Shown: one piece after another, positions 1-11,231 of the stretch
Position numbering within the stretch: position 1 is the stretch's first letter
Layout: each line of letters starts with the position of its first letter
Source of the DNA: Deltaproteobacteria bacterium
GTDB taxonomy: Bacteria > Myxococcota_A > UBA9160 > SMWR01
DNA length: 64,000 nucleotides
Direction of reading: 5' to 3'
NCBI GenBank assembly: GCA_032128115.1
Contig: JAQBHB010000078.1
Span: 32,001-96,000 of the forward strand
Position numbers and translations under genes: made by a program
The notes under the pieces: model-generated
The model's input: the letters and a program-made list of their open reading frames with translations, nothing else
What the model was told of the DNA's origin: nothing
Databases searched by the model: none

Positions 1-1
1 A

Positions 2-1489
2 CGGATCGCCGGAAAACTCGCCGTGGGAGGCGATGTGCACGATGCCGAAGGCTCGCTCGCTCACGGCCTCGTCGAAACGCTTGCGCTGGAAATCGCCATT
101 CATGAGCGTTTCGCCCGGGAATCGGGACGTGACGTCCTGGATCTCCCGTGCCACGTTGTCCAGTGGCGGATAGCCCTGCACCGCGTCGGTGATTCCCGCG
201 GCCAGCAGCTGCACGTGTTCCCGGTCGATGGGCTTGGGATCGGTGATCGTGAGCCCGGGCGTGATGGCGACCGACACCTTCTCCACCAGGAACTCCTGCG
301 ACTTGCGATCGTTCAGCGCCGCGAACGGAATCGTCCGCAGAGACCCGCCCGGCACGAATACCAACGTATCCACGGAGCCATCCGTGAGCGCCGATTCCAC
401 CGGGCGCACCAGCCAGTCGTAGAGATTGCGTGCGGGCCGCAGGTACTGGCGCGTGGTGCGCTTCTCCACCTTGTGGCGAAAGTCACGAACCTCGGCGATC
501 AGCGTTTCGCGATCGACGTTCGAGACGTGGCTCTCGAGGTGCCCACCGCGGCTCACCACCAGCTCCAGGCGGTCCGGAAGCACGATCGGGTAGATCACCA
601 GGGTGCGTGGGATCTCGTCGGGTCGGGCCTTGCGCTGGGCGTCCAGGCAGGGATCCCGGAAGTAGTCGCGCAGTTCGGCGGCGCGCCAGTCTTCCACCGT
701 ATCGCGCGCCTCGGAGAGCAACGCCTGGCGCGCGCCACCCTCTGGGTCTGCCGCGCGCAGCAGCAGCAGATCCACCAGCTCCAGGTAGACCGGCTCGACC
801 TCGCGCCGAAACGCCGCCTCGCCGGATCCGCCGGAAACGGCGAGCTGGGTGCGGATCTCCCCAAGCACCGCCACCGCCTGGCGGTAATCCTCAAGCGCCA
901 GGTCGACCTCGCCCCCGGCCCGGTGGATGCGACCCAGCTGCCAGCGCCAGCGGTACAGGGCGTCCAGCGCGCTCGCCTGTTGGGCGGCGAACAGCGCGCG
1001 TCGCGTCAACTCCGCCGCGTCGTCGAGCCTCCCGTCGCGCTCGTAGATCTCTCCCAGGTAGCCCTGGGCATACGACAACAGACGCGGGTCTCCGGCCTCA
1101 TGGGCCGCCTCGGCGGCCCGCGTGAACGATTCCACCGCCAGCAGGGTCTGGGCGTTGCGCTGCACCGGGTCGGCGGCTGCGAGTATCAGGTGGGTGCGGC
1201 CCAGGTGGGTCAGGAATCGGGCGCGGGGGCCCGGTGCCAGGTCGGCGGCCTCGAGGCCCAGGGGAATCAGCTCGGCCCGGGCCCGCTCGCCTTGTCCGCT
1301 TTCGGCAGCCCGGCGCGCCTCGTGCGCCGCATCGAAGGGCGCCGGCAGATCCACATCCTCGGGGTCCCGGACGGGGGCCGGCACGGGCGAGCAGGCTGCG
1401 CCCGCGGGTGTCGCCTCGTCGGCGAGCGACCCGGGCCCCGGGAGCAGAGCCAGACCGGTGATCATCGTCAGCAGGAGTGCGAATCGCAT
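2..1489 (-). CDS. CHAT (caspase-like peptidase) domain protein with TPR-like region and signal peptide; 3' end runs off the window
   Basis: Not in the ORF track. My translation from ATG 1489: MRFALLLTMITGLALLPG...SYAQGYLGEIYE...LYRWRWQLGRI...LYDWLVRP...LVFVPGGSLRTIPFAAL...IVHIASHGEF, which are typical CHAT motifs. Frame is open to position 2. Confidence 0.88.
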   Translation of the reverse strand, partial: MRFALLLTMITGLALLPGPGSLADEATPAGAACSPVPAPVRDPEDVDLPAPFDAAHEARRAAESGQGERARAELIPLGLEAADLAPGPRARFLTHLGRTHLILAAADPVQRNAQTLLAVESFTRAAEAAHEAGDPRLLSYAQGYLGEIYERDGRLDDAAELTRRALFAAQQASALDALYRWRWQLGRIHRAGGEVDLALEDYRQAVAVLGEIRTQLAVSGGSGEAAFRREVEPVYLELVDLLLLRAADPEGGARQALLSEARDTVEDWRAAELRDYFRDPCLDAQRKARPDEIPRTLVIYPIVLPDRLELVVSRGGHLESHVSNVDRETLIAEVRDFRHKVEKRTTRQYLRPARNLYDWLVRPVESALTDGSVDTLVFVPGGSLRTIPFAALNDRKSQEFLVEKVSVAITPGLTITDPKPIDREHVQLLAAGITDAVQGYPPLDNVAREIQDVTSRFPGETLMNGDFQRKRFDEAVSERAFGIVHIASHGEFSGDP

Positions 1490-1547
1490 ACCACTTCGCT
1501 TCGCGGCCTCGACTTTTCGCGCGGAATCGATTCTACCCCGCGGCGCC

Positions 1548-3296
1548 TCAGGGAAGGGCGTCGAAGGGGGTCACCGTGATGCGGAACGAGATGCCGTGAT
1601 CCTGCAGGTCGCCGCTGCGATCGAGTCCATCGGTGAGTTGACCGCCCCAGTAGATCTCGCCCTTCAGCCACTGCCAGGGCGAGACCCGCAGGCCCATTCC
1701 CATGCTGACCAGGGTGTTGCTCGGGAGCCCGATGCCGTTGTCCCAGGCGTGGGCGAAGTCGACGAAGGGCACCACCTGCAGCAGCGGACGGCCCAGCGGC
1801 TCGCGCCACACGGGCACGCGAAACTCCACGGAGCCCACCACTGCGTTGTCGCGCACCAACTCGTTCTCGCGGTAGCCGCGCACGCTCTCGATGCCACCCA
1901 CTGCGATCTTTTCCATCACCAGCAGGGGGTCGTCGGCCACCTGCACGTCCAGGCGCGCCAGCGACTCGGAAGGCCAGACGCTCTCGAAGAGACGGTGGGC
2001 CCACTGGGCCTGGCCCAGCCAGGCCACGAACTCGCCGTCGGCGCCGCGGGGGACAACGCTGGTCGTGGCGCCCAGGATGTCCAGGCCGACGCTCAGCGTC
2101 GAACGGGCCGCGATCACGTCGCGGGTTGAGCGATGCGTCCAGTCGGCCACCGTCCGCAGCACGCTCACCACCGGCGTGCAGTCGACGACACCGGGCTGGA
2201 ACTGCACGCACTCGTTTCCCAGGCCCAGCGGATCCCAACGTGTCTCGCTGTCGCGCCATTCGCCCAGGAGCCCCAGCCACAGCTCGGCGGATGGGCTGCG
2301 GTAGAAGGGGTGGCGAAGCGAGATGCCGTAGGTGCGGGTGTCGCTCTGGATCTCGAGCACATCGAAGGGCGATTCCACCACGAGGCCGTTGCTGTCTTGA
2401 AAGGCCAGACGCAGGCGCGTGCCCGCCGCCGTCAGGGGCACCTCGTAGAAGGCGTCGTATTCGCGCAGGCCCTCGGTCACGTGGACCACGCCGGTCAGCA
2501 CGTCGCCCCGCCCCAACAAATTGGCCACGTCTAGGCTGAAGATGCCGCCCTCGGCGCCGATGGCAGGCGACTCGTCATTGGCAGCCACCAGGGCCAGGGC
2601 GTAGGGGCGCGCCTCGTCCACGCTGAGCAGCAGCAGACTCTCGCCGCGCACCTCTCCGGGAATCAGGCGCGCCCGCACCTGGCTCACCCAGCGATCCCGC
2701 TGCAGGAGTTGGAGCTCCTCTTCCAGGCTGCGGACGTTCAAGGGAGCCCGACCGGCGCGCAGCAGGCGGCTGCGAAAGAAGCCGGAACGGAAGTGCCGGG
2801 TGCCCTCCACCCGGACGTCGCCGAGCCCCCCCTCCACCACCTGGATCCGGACCACGCCGTCGTCTACGCCCTGATCGGGAACCACGGCGCCGGAGGTGAC
2901 GTATCCGTGGCGGATGTAGAAGGCGGTCACGGCCTCGACGGCGTCCAGGAGTTCTTCCGAGCTGATGGCCCGTCCGGCCCACGGCGCCACCACTCCCGCC
3001 AGCTCGTCCTGTGTGAAGACGGTACTGCCCTCGAACTCGAAGGCCCGGACCTGGACCTCGCGCCCGCTGGAGAGCTGCCCCGGCTCGTCCCGGGGCGGCG
3101 GGGGAATGGGCGGAAGCGCCAGCGGCGACTCGGCCTCCTCGCCGGGCTCGAACTCCTCGAGCACGGGGCGCTCCTGCGCAGGGCCGAAGCGAGGCTGGGC
3201 CGCGGCCGGCGCGAGAAATCCCCCTAGCGGCGGCATCGCGAGCGGGGCCATCCAGAGCAGGGCCCATCGGCCCAAGCGTCTCGGTGCGCGTTGCAT
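1548..3296 (-). CDS. ShlB/FhaC/HecB family two-partner-secretion outer-membrane transporter (POTRA + beta-barrel)
   Basis: POTRA-like FEFEGSTVFT...YIRHGYVTSGA segment, VRGYRE motif, C-terminal beta-strands. Start trimmed to MQRAPRR; ATG 3347 is an alternative. Confidence 0.9.
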   Translation of the reverse strand: MQRAPRRLGRWALLWMAPLAMPPLGGFLAPAAAQPRFGPAQERPVLEEFEPGEEAESPLALPPIPPPPRDEPGQLSSGREVQVRAFEFEGSTVFTQDELAGVVAPWAGRAISSEELLDAVEAVTAFYIRHGYVTSGAVVPDQGVDDGVVRIQVVEGGLGDVRVEGTRHFRSGFFRSRLLRAGRAPLNVRSLEEELQLLQRDRWVSQVRARLIPGEVRGESLLLLSVDEARPYALALVAANDESPAIGAEGGIFSLDVANLLGRGDVLTGVVHVTEGLREYDAFYEVPLTAAGTRLRLAFQDSNGLVVESPFDVLEIQSDTRTYGISLRHPFYRSPSAELWLGLLGEWRDSETRWDPLGLGNECVQFQPGVVDCTPVVSVLRTVADWTHRSTRDVIAARSTLSVGLDILGATTSVVPRGADGEFVAWLGQAQWAHRLFESVWPSESLARLDVQVADDPLLVMEKIAVGGIESVRGYRENELVRDNAVVGSVEFRVPVWREPLGRPLLQVVPFVDFAHAWDNGIGLPSNTLVSMGMGLRVSPWQWLKGEIYWGGQLTDGLDRSGDLQDHGISFRITVTPFDALP

Positions 3297-3401
3297 CCAC
3301 CCCTGCTGTCCCCGAGCCAAGTCGGGGCCGCATTGTCGGGGCCGCATTATATGGGGGGCGAGCGACCTCTGTGGGCTTCCTCCTCCCTGTATGCTGGGGG
3401 C

Positions 3402-4133
3402 GTGGCGACGATCTCCCAGGAGGCCAAGCGCGAACTTCTGGCCCGCGCACCACTGTTTTCCAGGCTCTCCCCCGGGCAGTTGGACGAGATGGCGGCGTCT
3501 GCTCGTATCCGGCGACTCGCCGTGAAGCAGGAGTTGTTCCACAAGGGCGACGAGGGCAGTCAGGTCTACGCCGTGGCCAGCGGCCGGCTCAAGGCGTTCA
3601 CCACCTCGAGCGAGGGCGACGACGTGGTCTTCGACATCATCGGACCCGGCGAGCTGATCGGCGAGATCGCGCTGCTGGGAGGCACGCCGCGCACGGCGAC
3701 GGTCACGGCCCTCGAACCGTGCGAGCTGCTCGTGATCGACCGACGCGAGTTCCTGGCATTCCTCGAGCGGAACCCGGACGCGGCCGTCGAGCTGCTGCGG
3801 GTGCTGGCGGTGCGCATCAAACACCTGAGCGAACTCGTCGAGGACACCCTGTTCTTGAACCTGCCCCTGCGGCTGGCCAAGAAGCTGACCGCCCTTTGCC
3901 GGATCTACGGCCAGCCGACGGCCGACGGCGTGCGCGTGGATCTCAAGCTCTCCCAGGAGGAATGGGGCGACCTGGTGGGCACCACGCGCGAGAGCATCAA
4001 CAAGCAGCTGCGCCAGTGGACCCAGGAGGGTTTCCTCCGGGTGGACGGCGGCTACATCGTGATCCTGCGGCCCGACGCCCTCGAGGAACTGGCCGGCGAG
4101 CCGGGCGTCGCGCCTCGGATTCGGGCACACTGA
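3402..4133 (+). CDS. Crp/Fnr family transcriptional regulator
   Basis: cNMP-binding motif GELIGEIALL...RTATVTA and HTH LSQEEWGDLVGTTRESINKQL. GTG start 6 nt after TATGCT. Confidence 0.93.
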   Translation: MATISQEAKRELLARAPLFSRLSPGQLDEMAASARIRRLAVKQELFHKGDEGSQVYAVASGRLKAFTTSSEGDDVVFDIIGPGELIGEIALLGGTPRTATVTALEPCELLVIDRREFLAFLERNPDAAVELLRVLAVRIKHLSELVEDTLFLNLPLRLAKKLTALCRIYGQPTADGVRVDLKLSQEEWGDLVGTTRESINKQLRQWTQEGFLRVDGGYIVILRPDALEELAGEPGVAPRIRAH

Positions 4134-4137
4134 TTTG

Positions 4138-5397
4138 ATGCTCTCCTGGGCCTTTCTGGCGGCAAGCCTCGTGGGTGCGGCGTTCACCCTCAACGCCTAC
4201 TTCCCGCGCCTGCGTCGCGGCGTCCTGATCGTTCCGAGCTTCTTCGCGGGCTGGCTCACCAGCGAACTCGCCGCCCACCACATCGCCTGGCAGGTCGTCG
4301 CCACGCTGGCGTTCAGCTTTGCCGGCGCCCTGGGCGCCTGGCCCGGTTGGCTGGGCCTCGGGATCAGCGCCGTGTCGTGGCTGGCACTGGGGGCGCTGAT
4401 CGTCCAGGCCCGCGCCACCGACGCCCAGGTCGAGGCGGCGTTGCTCGAGGGGCTGGGAGCGGGATACAGGGAGCAGTTCCCGCCCGAGCTTCGCGAGCGC
4501 CTAGCGCTGCCGTTTTCGCGCCGCCGTCTGCTCGTCCCCTTTCACCTGCACAACCGCGAGCACGTGAGACGCACGCGCAACATCGAATACGTGCCGGGCG
4601 GCGGACACCGAAACCAGCTGGACGTGTACGCGCCGCAGTGCGGTGCGCGCAACGCGCCCGTGCTCCTGCAGATTCACGGAGGCGCCTGGATCATCGGAAA
4701 CAAGCGCGAACAGGCGCTACCGCTCATGAATCACCTGGCTGCCAACGGCTGGATCTGCGTCGCCACCAACTATCGACTGAGCCCCCGCGCCACGTTTCCC
4801 GACCATCTGGTCGACGTGAAGCGCGCACTCCACTGGGTTCGCGAAAACATCGCAGGGTTCGGCGGCGATCCGGACTTCGTGGTCGCCACCGGCGGCTCGG
4901 CGGGCGGACACCTCTCGTCCCTGCTGGCTCTCACGGCGAACGACCCGGAGTATCAGCCGGGCTTCGAGGGGGTGGACACCTCCGTGCGGGCTTGCGTTCC
5001 CTTCTACGGCGTCTACGACTTCACCAACCGCCTGGGTCACCCGACCGATCGGGGACTCGAGACCTTCCTGGCGGAGCGCGTCATGAAGCGACACATCGAC
5101 GACGACCGCGGGGCCTACGAACGGGCATCGCCGGTCTTTCGCACGCACGGCGACGCGCCTCCGTTCTATGTGGTGCATGGCACCCACGACAGCCTGGCGC
5201 CGGTGGCCGACGCTCGCGAGTTCACCCGGCTGCTGCGCGAAAACTCGCGGTCGCCGGTGGTCTACGCCGAACTCCCCCGGGCCCAGCACGCCTTCGAGAT
5301 CTTCCACTCGCCTCGCACCGCGCACGTCGTGCGCAGCGTCGATCGCTTCCTGGCGGCGATCCACTTCGCCTACCGGAGTCGACGCGCCGCCGCCTGA
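4138..5397 (+). CDS. Alpha/beta hydrolase (esterase/lipase) with N-terminal membrane segments
   Basis: HGGAW oxyanion motif, GGSAGG nucleophile elbow, HGTHD and C-terminal His (AQHAF). Confidence 0.9.
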   Translation: MLSWAFLAASLVGAAFTLNAYFPRLRRGVLIVPSFFAGWLTSELAAHHIAWQVVATLAFSFAGALGAWPGWLGLGISAVSWLALGALIVQARATDAQVEAALLEGLGAGYREQFPPELRERLALPFSRRRLLVPFHLHNREHVRRTRNIEYVPGGGHRNQLDVYAPQCGARNAPVLLQIHGGAWIIGNKREQALPLMNHLAANGWICVATNYRLSPRATFPDHLVDVKRALHWVRENIAGFGGDPDFVVATGGSAGGHLSSLLALTANDPEYQPGFEGVDTSVRACVPFYGVYDFTNRLGHPTDRGLETFLAERVMKRHIDDDRGAYERASPVFRTHGDAPPFYVVHGTHDSLAPVADAREFTRLLRENSRSPVVYAELPRAQHAFEIFHSPRTAHVVRSVDRFLAAIHFAYRSRRAAA

Positions 5398-5406
5398 GGC
5401 CCTCCG

Positions 5407-6138
5407 GTGACACGAGATCAGGAAGATCGGGCCCCGGAAGCGATCTTCCAGGCGCGCGGAATCTCCAAGGTCTATCAGGTTGGCGAGGTGCGGGTACACG
5501 CCCTGCGACAGGTCGACCTCGACCTCTTCCGCGGCGAACTGGTGGTCTTCCTGGGCCCCTCGGGCAGCGGCAAGTCCACCCTGTTCAACATCCTGGGCGG
5601 CCTGGACGTGCCCACCACCGGCAGCGTCCGCTTCCGGGGACAGGACCTCACCGGCGAGAGCGACCGCGATCTCACGAACCACCGGCGCCGGTACGTGGGC
5701 TACGTCTTCCAGTTCTACAACCTGATCCCGAGCCTCACCGCCCGCGAGAACGTGGCCCTGGTGACCGAAATCGCAGAAGACCCCATGACGCCGGAAGAGG
5801 CGCTCGACCTGGTGAACCTGGGCGATCGCCTGGATCATTTCCCGGCCCAACTATCGGGTGGCGAGCAGCAGCGGGTGGCCATCGCGCGCGCCGTGGCGAA
5901 GCGACCGACCGTGCTGCTCTGCGACGAACCCACCGGCGCCCTCGACTTCGAGACGGGAAAGGTCGTGCTCGAGGTACTGGAGATGACCAACCGCGAGCTG
6001 GGCACCACCACCGCCGTCATCACCCACAACGCCGCCATTGCCGGCATGGCCGACCGGGTGGTGCGCATGCGCAGCGGCCGCGTGGTGGAGGTGAGCCGCA
6101 ACGAGCAGCGCTTGCCGCCCGGCGAGCTCGAGTGGTGA
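5407..6138 (+). CDS. ABC transporter ATP-binding protein (LolD/MacB type)
   Basis: [34 protein letters not shown]. Confidence 0.95.
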   Translation: MTRDQEDRAPEAIFQARGISKVYQVGEVRVHALRQVDLDLFRGELVVFLGPSGSGKSTLFNILGGLDVPTTGSVRFRGQDLTGESDRDLTNHRRRYVGYVFQFYNLIPSLTARENVALVTEIAEDPMTPEEALDLVNLGDRLDHFPAQLSGGEQQRVAIARAVAKRPTVLLCDEPTGALDFETGKVVLEVLEMTNRELGTTTAVITHNAAIAGMADRVVRMRSGRVVEVSRNEQRLPPGELEW

Positions 6139-6145
6139 GCGACAC

Positions 6146-8509
6146 ATGAGGCCCCTGCATCGCAAGCTCCTGCGCGACCTGCGCCTGCTGCAAAGCCAGG
6201 TGATCGCCATTGCGTTGGTGGTGGCTTCGGGCGTCGCCACGGTCGTGACCACGCGCATCGCGTACGAATCGCTGGTGGTGTCGCGGTCCGAGTACTACGC
6301 GCGCTACCGGTTCGCCGACGTCTTCGCTCACGCCAAGCGCGCGCCGGAGACGCTGCGGATCCATCTGGAGACGATTCCCGGCGTCGCCGCCGTCGAGACC
6401 CGCATCGTGGCCGAGGTGACCCTCGACGTGCCGGGCCTGGCCGAGCCCGCCACCGGTCGACTCGTCTCGCTGCCGGAACACCGCGAGCCGGCCCTCAACG
6501 GCGTCAGATTGCAGCGCGGGCGTCCGCTTGCGCCCGGGCAACGCGACGAGGTGATCGCGAGCGAGTCGTTCGCCGAAGCCAACGGCCTGCAGCCGGGCGA
6601 TCGACTGGGCGCCGTGCTCAACGGCCGCTGGCAAGAGCTGCGAATCGTGGGGATCGGACTCTCGCCCGAATACATCTACGAGATCCGCGGCACTGACCTG
6701 TTCCCCGATCCCGAGCGCTTCGGGGTGCTGTGGATGAGCCGCGAGGCACTGGGCCCCGCCTTCCAGATGGAGGGCGCCTTCAACGATGTCTCGCTCCGTC
6801 TGGCCTCCGACGCCGTCGAGGCGGACGTAATCGGGCGTTTGGATCGCCTGCTGGAACGCTACGGCGGGCTGGGAGCCTACGGCCGCAGCGAACAGCTCTC
6901 GGACAGCTTCATCTCCGACGAGATCAAGCAGAACCGGGTCTTCGGCACCATCATCCCGGCGATCTTCCTGGGGGTGGCGGGGTTCCTGCTCAACATCGTG
7001 CTGTCGCGACTGGTGGCGACCCAACGCGATCAGATCGCCGTGCTCAAGGCGTTTGGCTACACGAACCGCACAATCGCCCTGCACTACCTGGAGTTCTCCC
7101 TGGCGGCCGTCCTCCTGGGTTCGCTGTTGGGCACGGGCGCGGGACTCTGGCTCGGCTCGCAGGTGCTGGAACTCTACAAGCAGGTCTATCGCATCCCCAT
7201 GATGCGCTTCGACCCTGGCGCCAGCGTGGTCCTGCTGGCGGTGGGGGTGAGCGCCGCAGCCGCCGTCGTGGGAGCCCTGGGCGCCGTGCGTCGTGCACTC
7301 GCCCTCTCCCCCGCCGCGGCCATGCGCCCCGAGCCTCCCGCACGCTTCCACCCGGGATGGCTGGAGCGGGCGGGGCTGATTGGCCTGCTTCCCACGTCCG
7401 TCCGCATGATCTGGCGCAACCTCACGCGCCGCCCGGCGCGCGCAGTGCTCTCTACACTGGGCATCGCCCTGGCAGTGGCCATCCTGATCGTGGGCCATCA
7501 CTTCATCGCGGCGATCGAGCACCTGGCGGATGTGCAGTTCCGCATCGCCCAACGCGAGGATCTGACCGTCGCGTTCCACGAGCCGCGCCCGGCTGGCGCG
7601 CGCCACGCCCTGGCAGCGCTGCCTGGCGTCGTCCGGGCCGAGCCGTTCCGCGTGGTGTCGGCGCGCCTGCGCTTTGGACACGCCTCGCGCCGGGTGCCCC
7701 TGTTCGGGTTGGAGTCCACGGGCGAGCTTCGCCGCATCGTGGGCGAAGACATGCGCATCGCCGAGATTCCGCCGGACGGGGTGCTGCTCACGAGCATGCT
7801 GGCCGAGCGCCTGAATGCGGTGCCTGGCGACCGCGTGACCGTCGAGGTCCTCGAGGGGTCGAGACCCGTTCGCGAGATCGTCATCGCCGCGACGGTGAAC
7901 GAGGTGATGGGTCTGCAGGCCTACATGGATAGCCGTGTCCTGCGGCGCCTGCTGCGCGAGGCCGGAACCGTTTCGGGCGCGTTCCTTCGCGTCGACGCCC
8001 TGGCGGCGCCGGCACTCCACACCGAGCTCAAGCGCATGCCGGCCGTTGCCGGCGCCACCTCGCGATCCGCCACCCTGGCGAGTTTCGAGAAGACCCTGGG
8101 AGAGAGTCTGGGCATCTTCACGACGATGCTGGGGCTGTTCGCCAGCGTGATCGCCGCGGCCGTCGTCTACAACGCGGCGCGTATCGCGCTCTCGGAGCGT
8201 TCGCGCGAGCTGGCGAGCCTGCGGGTGCTTGGCTTCACGCGCCGCGAGATCAGCGCCCTGCTGCTGGGGGAGCAGGGATTCCTGACCCTGATCGCACTAC
8301 CCCTCGGATTCGCGATCGGCTATCGCCTGTGTCAGGCGATTTCGCTCTCGTATCAGTGGGATCTGTTCCGCATGCCGCTGCACCTGACGAGGGAGACCTA
8401 CGGCTACGCGTTCGGCGTGATCACCGCCGCCGCGCTGGCTTCGGGGCTCGTCGTGCGCCGGCGGCTCGACCGCCTCGACCTGGTGTCCGTCCTGAAGGAA
8501 CGGGAGTGA
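6146..8509 (+). CDS. FtsX-like ABC transporter permease (duplicated MacB/FtsX architecture)
   Basis: Two permease halves ([27 protein letters not shown]); adjacent to the ATPase gene. Confidence 0.92.
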   Translation: MRPLHRKLLRDLRLLQSQVIAIALVVASGVATVVTTRIAYESLVVSRSEYYARYRFADVFAHAKRAPETLRIHLETIPGVAAVETRIVAEVTLDVPGLAEPATGRLVSLPEHREPALNGVRLQRGRPLAPGQRDEVIASESFAEANGLQPGDRLGAVLNGRWQELRIVGIGLSPEYIYEIRGTDLFPDPERFGVLWMSREALGPAFQMEGAFNDVSLRLASDAVEADVIGRLDRLLERYGGLGAYGRSEQLSDSFISDEIKQNRVFGTIIPAIFLGVAGFLLNIVLSRLVATQRDQIAVLKAFGYTNRTIALHYLEFSLAAVLLGSLLGTGAGLWLGSQVLELYKQVYRIPMMRFDPGASVVLLAVGVSAAAAVVGALGAVRRALALSPAAAMRPEPPARFHPGWLERAGLIGLLPTSVRMIWRNLTRRPARAVLSTLGIALAVAILIVGHHFIAAIEHLADVQFRIAQREDLTVAFHEPRPAGARHALAALPGVVRAEPFRVVSARLRFGHASRRVPLFGLESTGELRRIVGEDMRIAEIPPDGVLLTSMLAERLNAVPGDRVTVEVLEGSRPVREIVIAATVNEVMGLQAYMDSRVLRRLLREAGTVSGAFLRVDALAAPALHTELKRMPAVAGATSRSATLASFEKTLGESLGIFTTMLGLFASVIAAAVVYNAARIALSERSRELASLRVLGFTRREISALLLGEQGFLTLIALPLGFAIGYRLCQAISLSYQWDLFRMPLHLTRETYGYAFGVITAAALASGLVVRRRLDRLDLVSVLKERE

Positions 8510-8516
8510 GGACGCC

Positions 8517-9743
8517 ATGAACCTGCCGAAGCTGCCGCGCCCCGCACTCGTCGCACTGGCCATCGCCGCGGTGTTGCTGTTGCTGTTCCTGGCGTTCCGG
8601 GACGATCCGGTGGCCGTGGACGCGGCCCTGGTCACCCGCGGGCCGTTGCGAGTGACCGTCGACGAAGACGGCGAGGCGCGCGTTCGCAAGCGCTTCGTGA
8701 TGGCGGCCCCTACCACCGGGCGCCTGCTGCGGATCGCAGTGGACGAGGGCGATCCGGTGGAAGCCGGCGCCGTCCTGGCCCACATCCAGCCGGTGCCACT
8801 CGACGCGCGCGACCACGCCGGCGCCCAGGCGCGCCTGGAGGCGGCAGAAGCCACCAAGCGTTCGGCCGACGCCCGGGTGGCGCAATCGCGGGCCACTCTC
8901 GAGCAGGCGCGCCGCAAGGTCACGCGAGCGGACCAGCTCCTGGAAGCGGGCACTCTCTCCACGGAGGAATACGAGCAGGCGCTCCTGGGCGAAACCAGCA
9001 GCGAGCAGGAGCACGAAGCGGCGCGTTTCGCGGCCCAGGCGGCCGAGAGCGAGGAGGCCGCTGCGCGGGCGGCGCTGCTGGCATCCGGCACGCCCCAACC
9101 GGGGCCTGGTGCTCCGGACGGCGGCTGCGCGGGCTCCGCGTGCTTCCACGTGCTGTCGCCCATCAGCGGGCGCGTATTGCGGGTGCTCGAGGAGAGCGAG
9201 CGGATCGTGACCGCCGGCCTCCCCCTGCTGGTGGTTGGCGACCCGTCGGCGTTGGAGATCGTGGTGGACGTGCTGTCCACCGACGCAGTGCGGATCTCCC
9301 CCGGAGCCACCCTGCTCGTGGAAGACTGGGGCGGTGAGCAGGCGCTCGAAGCGCGGGTGCGGCAGGTGGAGCCCTCGGGCTTCACCAAGATCTCGGCCCT
9401 GGGGGTCGAGGAGCAGCGTGTGAACGTGATCGCCGACCTGTTGGCGCCCGCACCCGGCCTGGGCGACGGCTACCGGGTGGAAGCGCGCATCGTGGTATGG
9501 GAAGCCGACGACGTGCTTCGCGTACCGGCGAGCGCCCTGTTCCGCCAGGGCAAGCGCTGGTCGGTGTTCGTGCTCGACGCGGGACGCGCTCGCCTGCGCG
9601 CCGTGGACGTGGGAGAACGCGGCACCCTGCAGGTGCAGGTGCGCGAGGGGCTGACCGAGGGCGAACTCGTGATCGTGCACCCCAGTGATCGCGTGGCGGA
9701 CGGTGTACGCGTCGGAACCACGCCGGTGGATCAGGGGAGCTAA
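8517..9743 (+). CDS. Periplasmic adaptor / membrane fusion protein (HlyD family)
   Basis: N-terminal TM segment, lipoyl halves, coiled coil, KISALGVEEQRVNV; in operon with the ABC genes. Confidence 0.9.
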   Translation: MNLPKLPRPALVALAIAAVLLLLFLAFRDDPVAVDAALVTRGPLRVTVDEDGEARVRKRFVMAAPTTGRLLRIAVDEGDPVEAGAVLAHIQPVPLDARDHAGAQARLEAAEATKRSADARVAQSRATLEQARRKVTRADQLLEAGTLSTEEYEQALLGETSSEQEHEAARFAAQAAESEEAAARAALLASGTPQPGPGAPDGGCAGSACFHVLSPISGRVLRVLEESERIVTAGLPLLVVGDPSALEIVVDVLSTDAVRISPGATLLVEDWGGEQALEARVRQVEPSGFTKISALGVEEQRVNVIADLLAPAPGLGDGYRVEARIVVWEADDVLRVPASALFRQGKRWSVFVLDAGRARLRAVDVGERGTLQVQVREGLTEGELVIVHPSDRVADGVRVGTTPVDQGS

Positions 9744-9752
9744 ACTGGAGCC

Positions 9753-11231
9753 ATGTCGATCCTCCGGCATCCCCTCGCCCCGTGGCTGCTGGTTGCGCTT
9801 GCGCTGGCCTGCGCCCGGAATCCCACCGGGGGCACGGACCTGGTGATGATGTCCGAGGAGGACGAGATCGCCCTGGGTCACGCCTCGGTCGAACAGCTTC
9901 GGGGCCAGTTTCCCGCCTACAAGAATCGGGAGCTGCAGGCCAGGGTCGAGCGGATCGGGGCCGAGCTGGCGGCGCTCTCCCACCGTCCCGACATCGCGTA
10001 CGACTTCACGCTGGTAGACACCCCGGACGTCAACGCCTTCGCCCTTCCCGGCGGACACATCTACGTCACTCGCGGCCTGCTGGCCTATCTGGAGTCGGAC
10101 GCCGAGTTGGCCGGGGTGCTTGGCCACGAGATCGGACACGTGGCCGCGCGGCACTCGGTGCAACGGCACAGCCAGCAGCGCCTGACCCAGGCGGGGGTCT
10201 ACCTGGGCTCGCTGGCCGCGTCCGCCTTCGGCGACGCCTACGCCGGAGCCGCCGCGGCCGACCTGGGAAACCTGTTCGGAGGCGCGCTGCTCAGCGGCTA
10301 CGGGCGGGAGGACGAGCTGCAAGCCGACCGTCTCGGCGCGGAATACATGGCCAAGGCGGGCTACGACCCGGAGGCCCTCCTGGACGTGATCACCACCCTG
10401 AAGGACCAGGAGATCTTCGAGATCGACCGCGCCGCTGAAGAGGGCCGCCGGGCCAACGTGTATCACGGCGTGTTCGCGTCGCACCCCAGCGCGGACCAAC
10501 GCCTGAAGGAAATCATCGAGAGTGTCGCCGGAACGGAAAGCGACGAACGACGCCCGGAAGACCGGGAGGCGTTCCTGCTCTCCCTGGATGGCATGGCGTT
10601 CGGGCCCAGCTGGGCCCACGGAGTGATCCGCGGCCGCAACTTCTACCTCGGCTACGTGGGTATGGGCCTGACCTTCCCCCGGGACTGGGCCATCCAGAAC
10701 GAGCCCAGCCGCGTGCTCGCGATAGCGCCGGGCAACGAGGCCGTGCTGCAGTTGACGCTCGCCGACCGCGGCCGCAACAAGACTCCGCGCGACTTCTTCC
10801 GCTGGGAGATGCGCATGAGCAACGAGACCCACGCGGCCGAGTTCACCCTGAGCGGCCTGCCCGCCTTCACGGCGGTGGCAAAGACGGATACGCCGTACGG
10901 CAATCGCGAAACCCGCTTCAGCGTGGTCTTCATGGGAAGCCAGGTTTACGTCTTCCAGGGCGCCGGCCGCGACCACGCCCACGGGCTCGACCAGTTCGAC
11001 CGGGACTTCCTGGATACGGCGGGAAGCCTGCGCCCCCTGAGCGAGCGCGAACAAGCTGCCACGCGCGGACCCGTGATCCGCGTCCGCCGCGCCACCGAAG
11101 GCACCACCTACGAGGCCCTGTCTCGGAGCACGCGCATCAAGAGCTACCAGGAGCAGACCCTGCGCCTGCTCAACCACCAGTATCCGGAAGGCGAGCCCGA
11201 GGCCGGCTCGCTGATCAAGCTCGTGAAATGA
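9753..11231 (+). CDS. M48 family zinc metalloprotease, probable lipoprotein
   Basis: LALAC lipobox-like signal, VNAFALPGG, HEIGH, YGREDELQAD, SHP. Confidence 0.92.
   Translation: MSILRHPLAPWLLVALALACARNPTGGTDLVMMSEEDEIALGHASVEQLRGQFPAYKNRELQARVERIGAELAALSHRPDIAYDFTLVDTPDVNAFALPGGHIYVTRGLLAYLESDAELAGVLGHEIGHVAARHSVQRHSQQRLTQAGVYLGSLAASAFGDAYAGAAAADLGNLFGGALLSGYGREDELQADRLGAEYMAKAGYDPEALLDVITTLKDQEIFEIDRAAEEGRRANVYHGVFASHPSADQRLKEIIESVAGTESDERRPEDREAFLLSLDGMAFGPSWAHGVIRGRNFYLGYVGMGLTFPRDWAIQNEPSRVLAIAPGNEAVLQLTLADRGRNKTPRDFFRWEMRMSNETHAAEFTLSGLPAFTAVAKTDTPYGNRETRFSVVFMGSQVYVFQGAGRDHAHGLDQFDRDFLDTAGSLRPLSEREQAATRGPVIRVRRATEGTTYEALSRSTRIKSYQEQTLRLLNHQYPEGEPEAGSLIKLVK

Noticed and set aside
23..1579. 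518-aa + strand ORF
   Set aside because: Antisense shadow of the CHAT gene; no motifs. Long shadow ORFs are expected at this GC content.
3297..4193. N-terminal extensions of track ORFs (ShlB from 4193; also 16232, 27295, 33672, 47344, 55033)
   Set aside because: They overlap genuine neighbouring genes; better starts with SD or -10 signals lie downstream.
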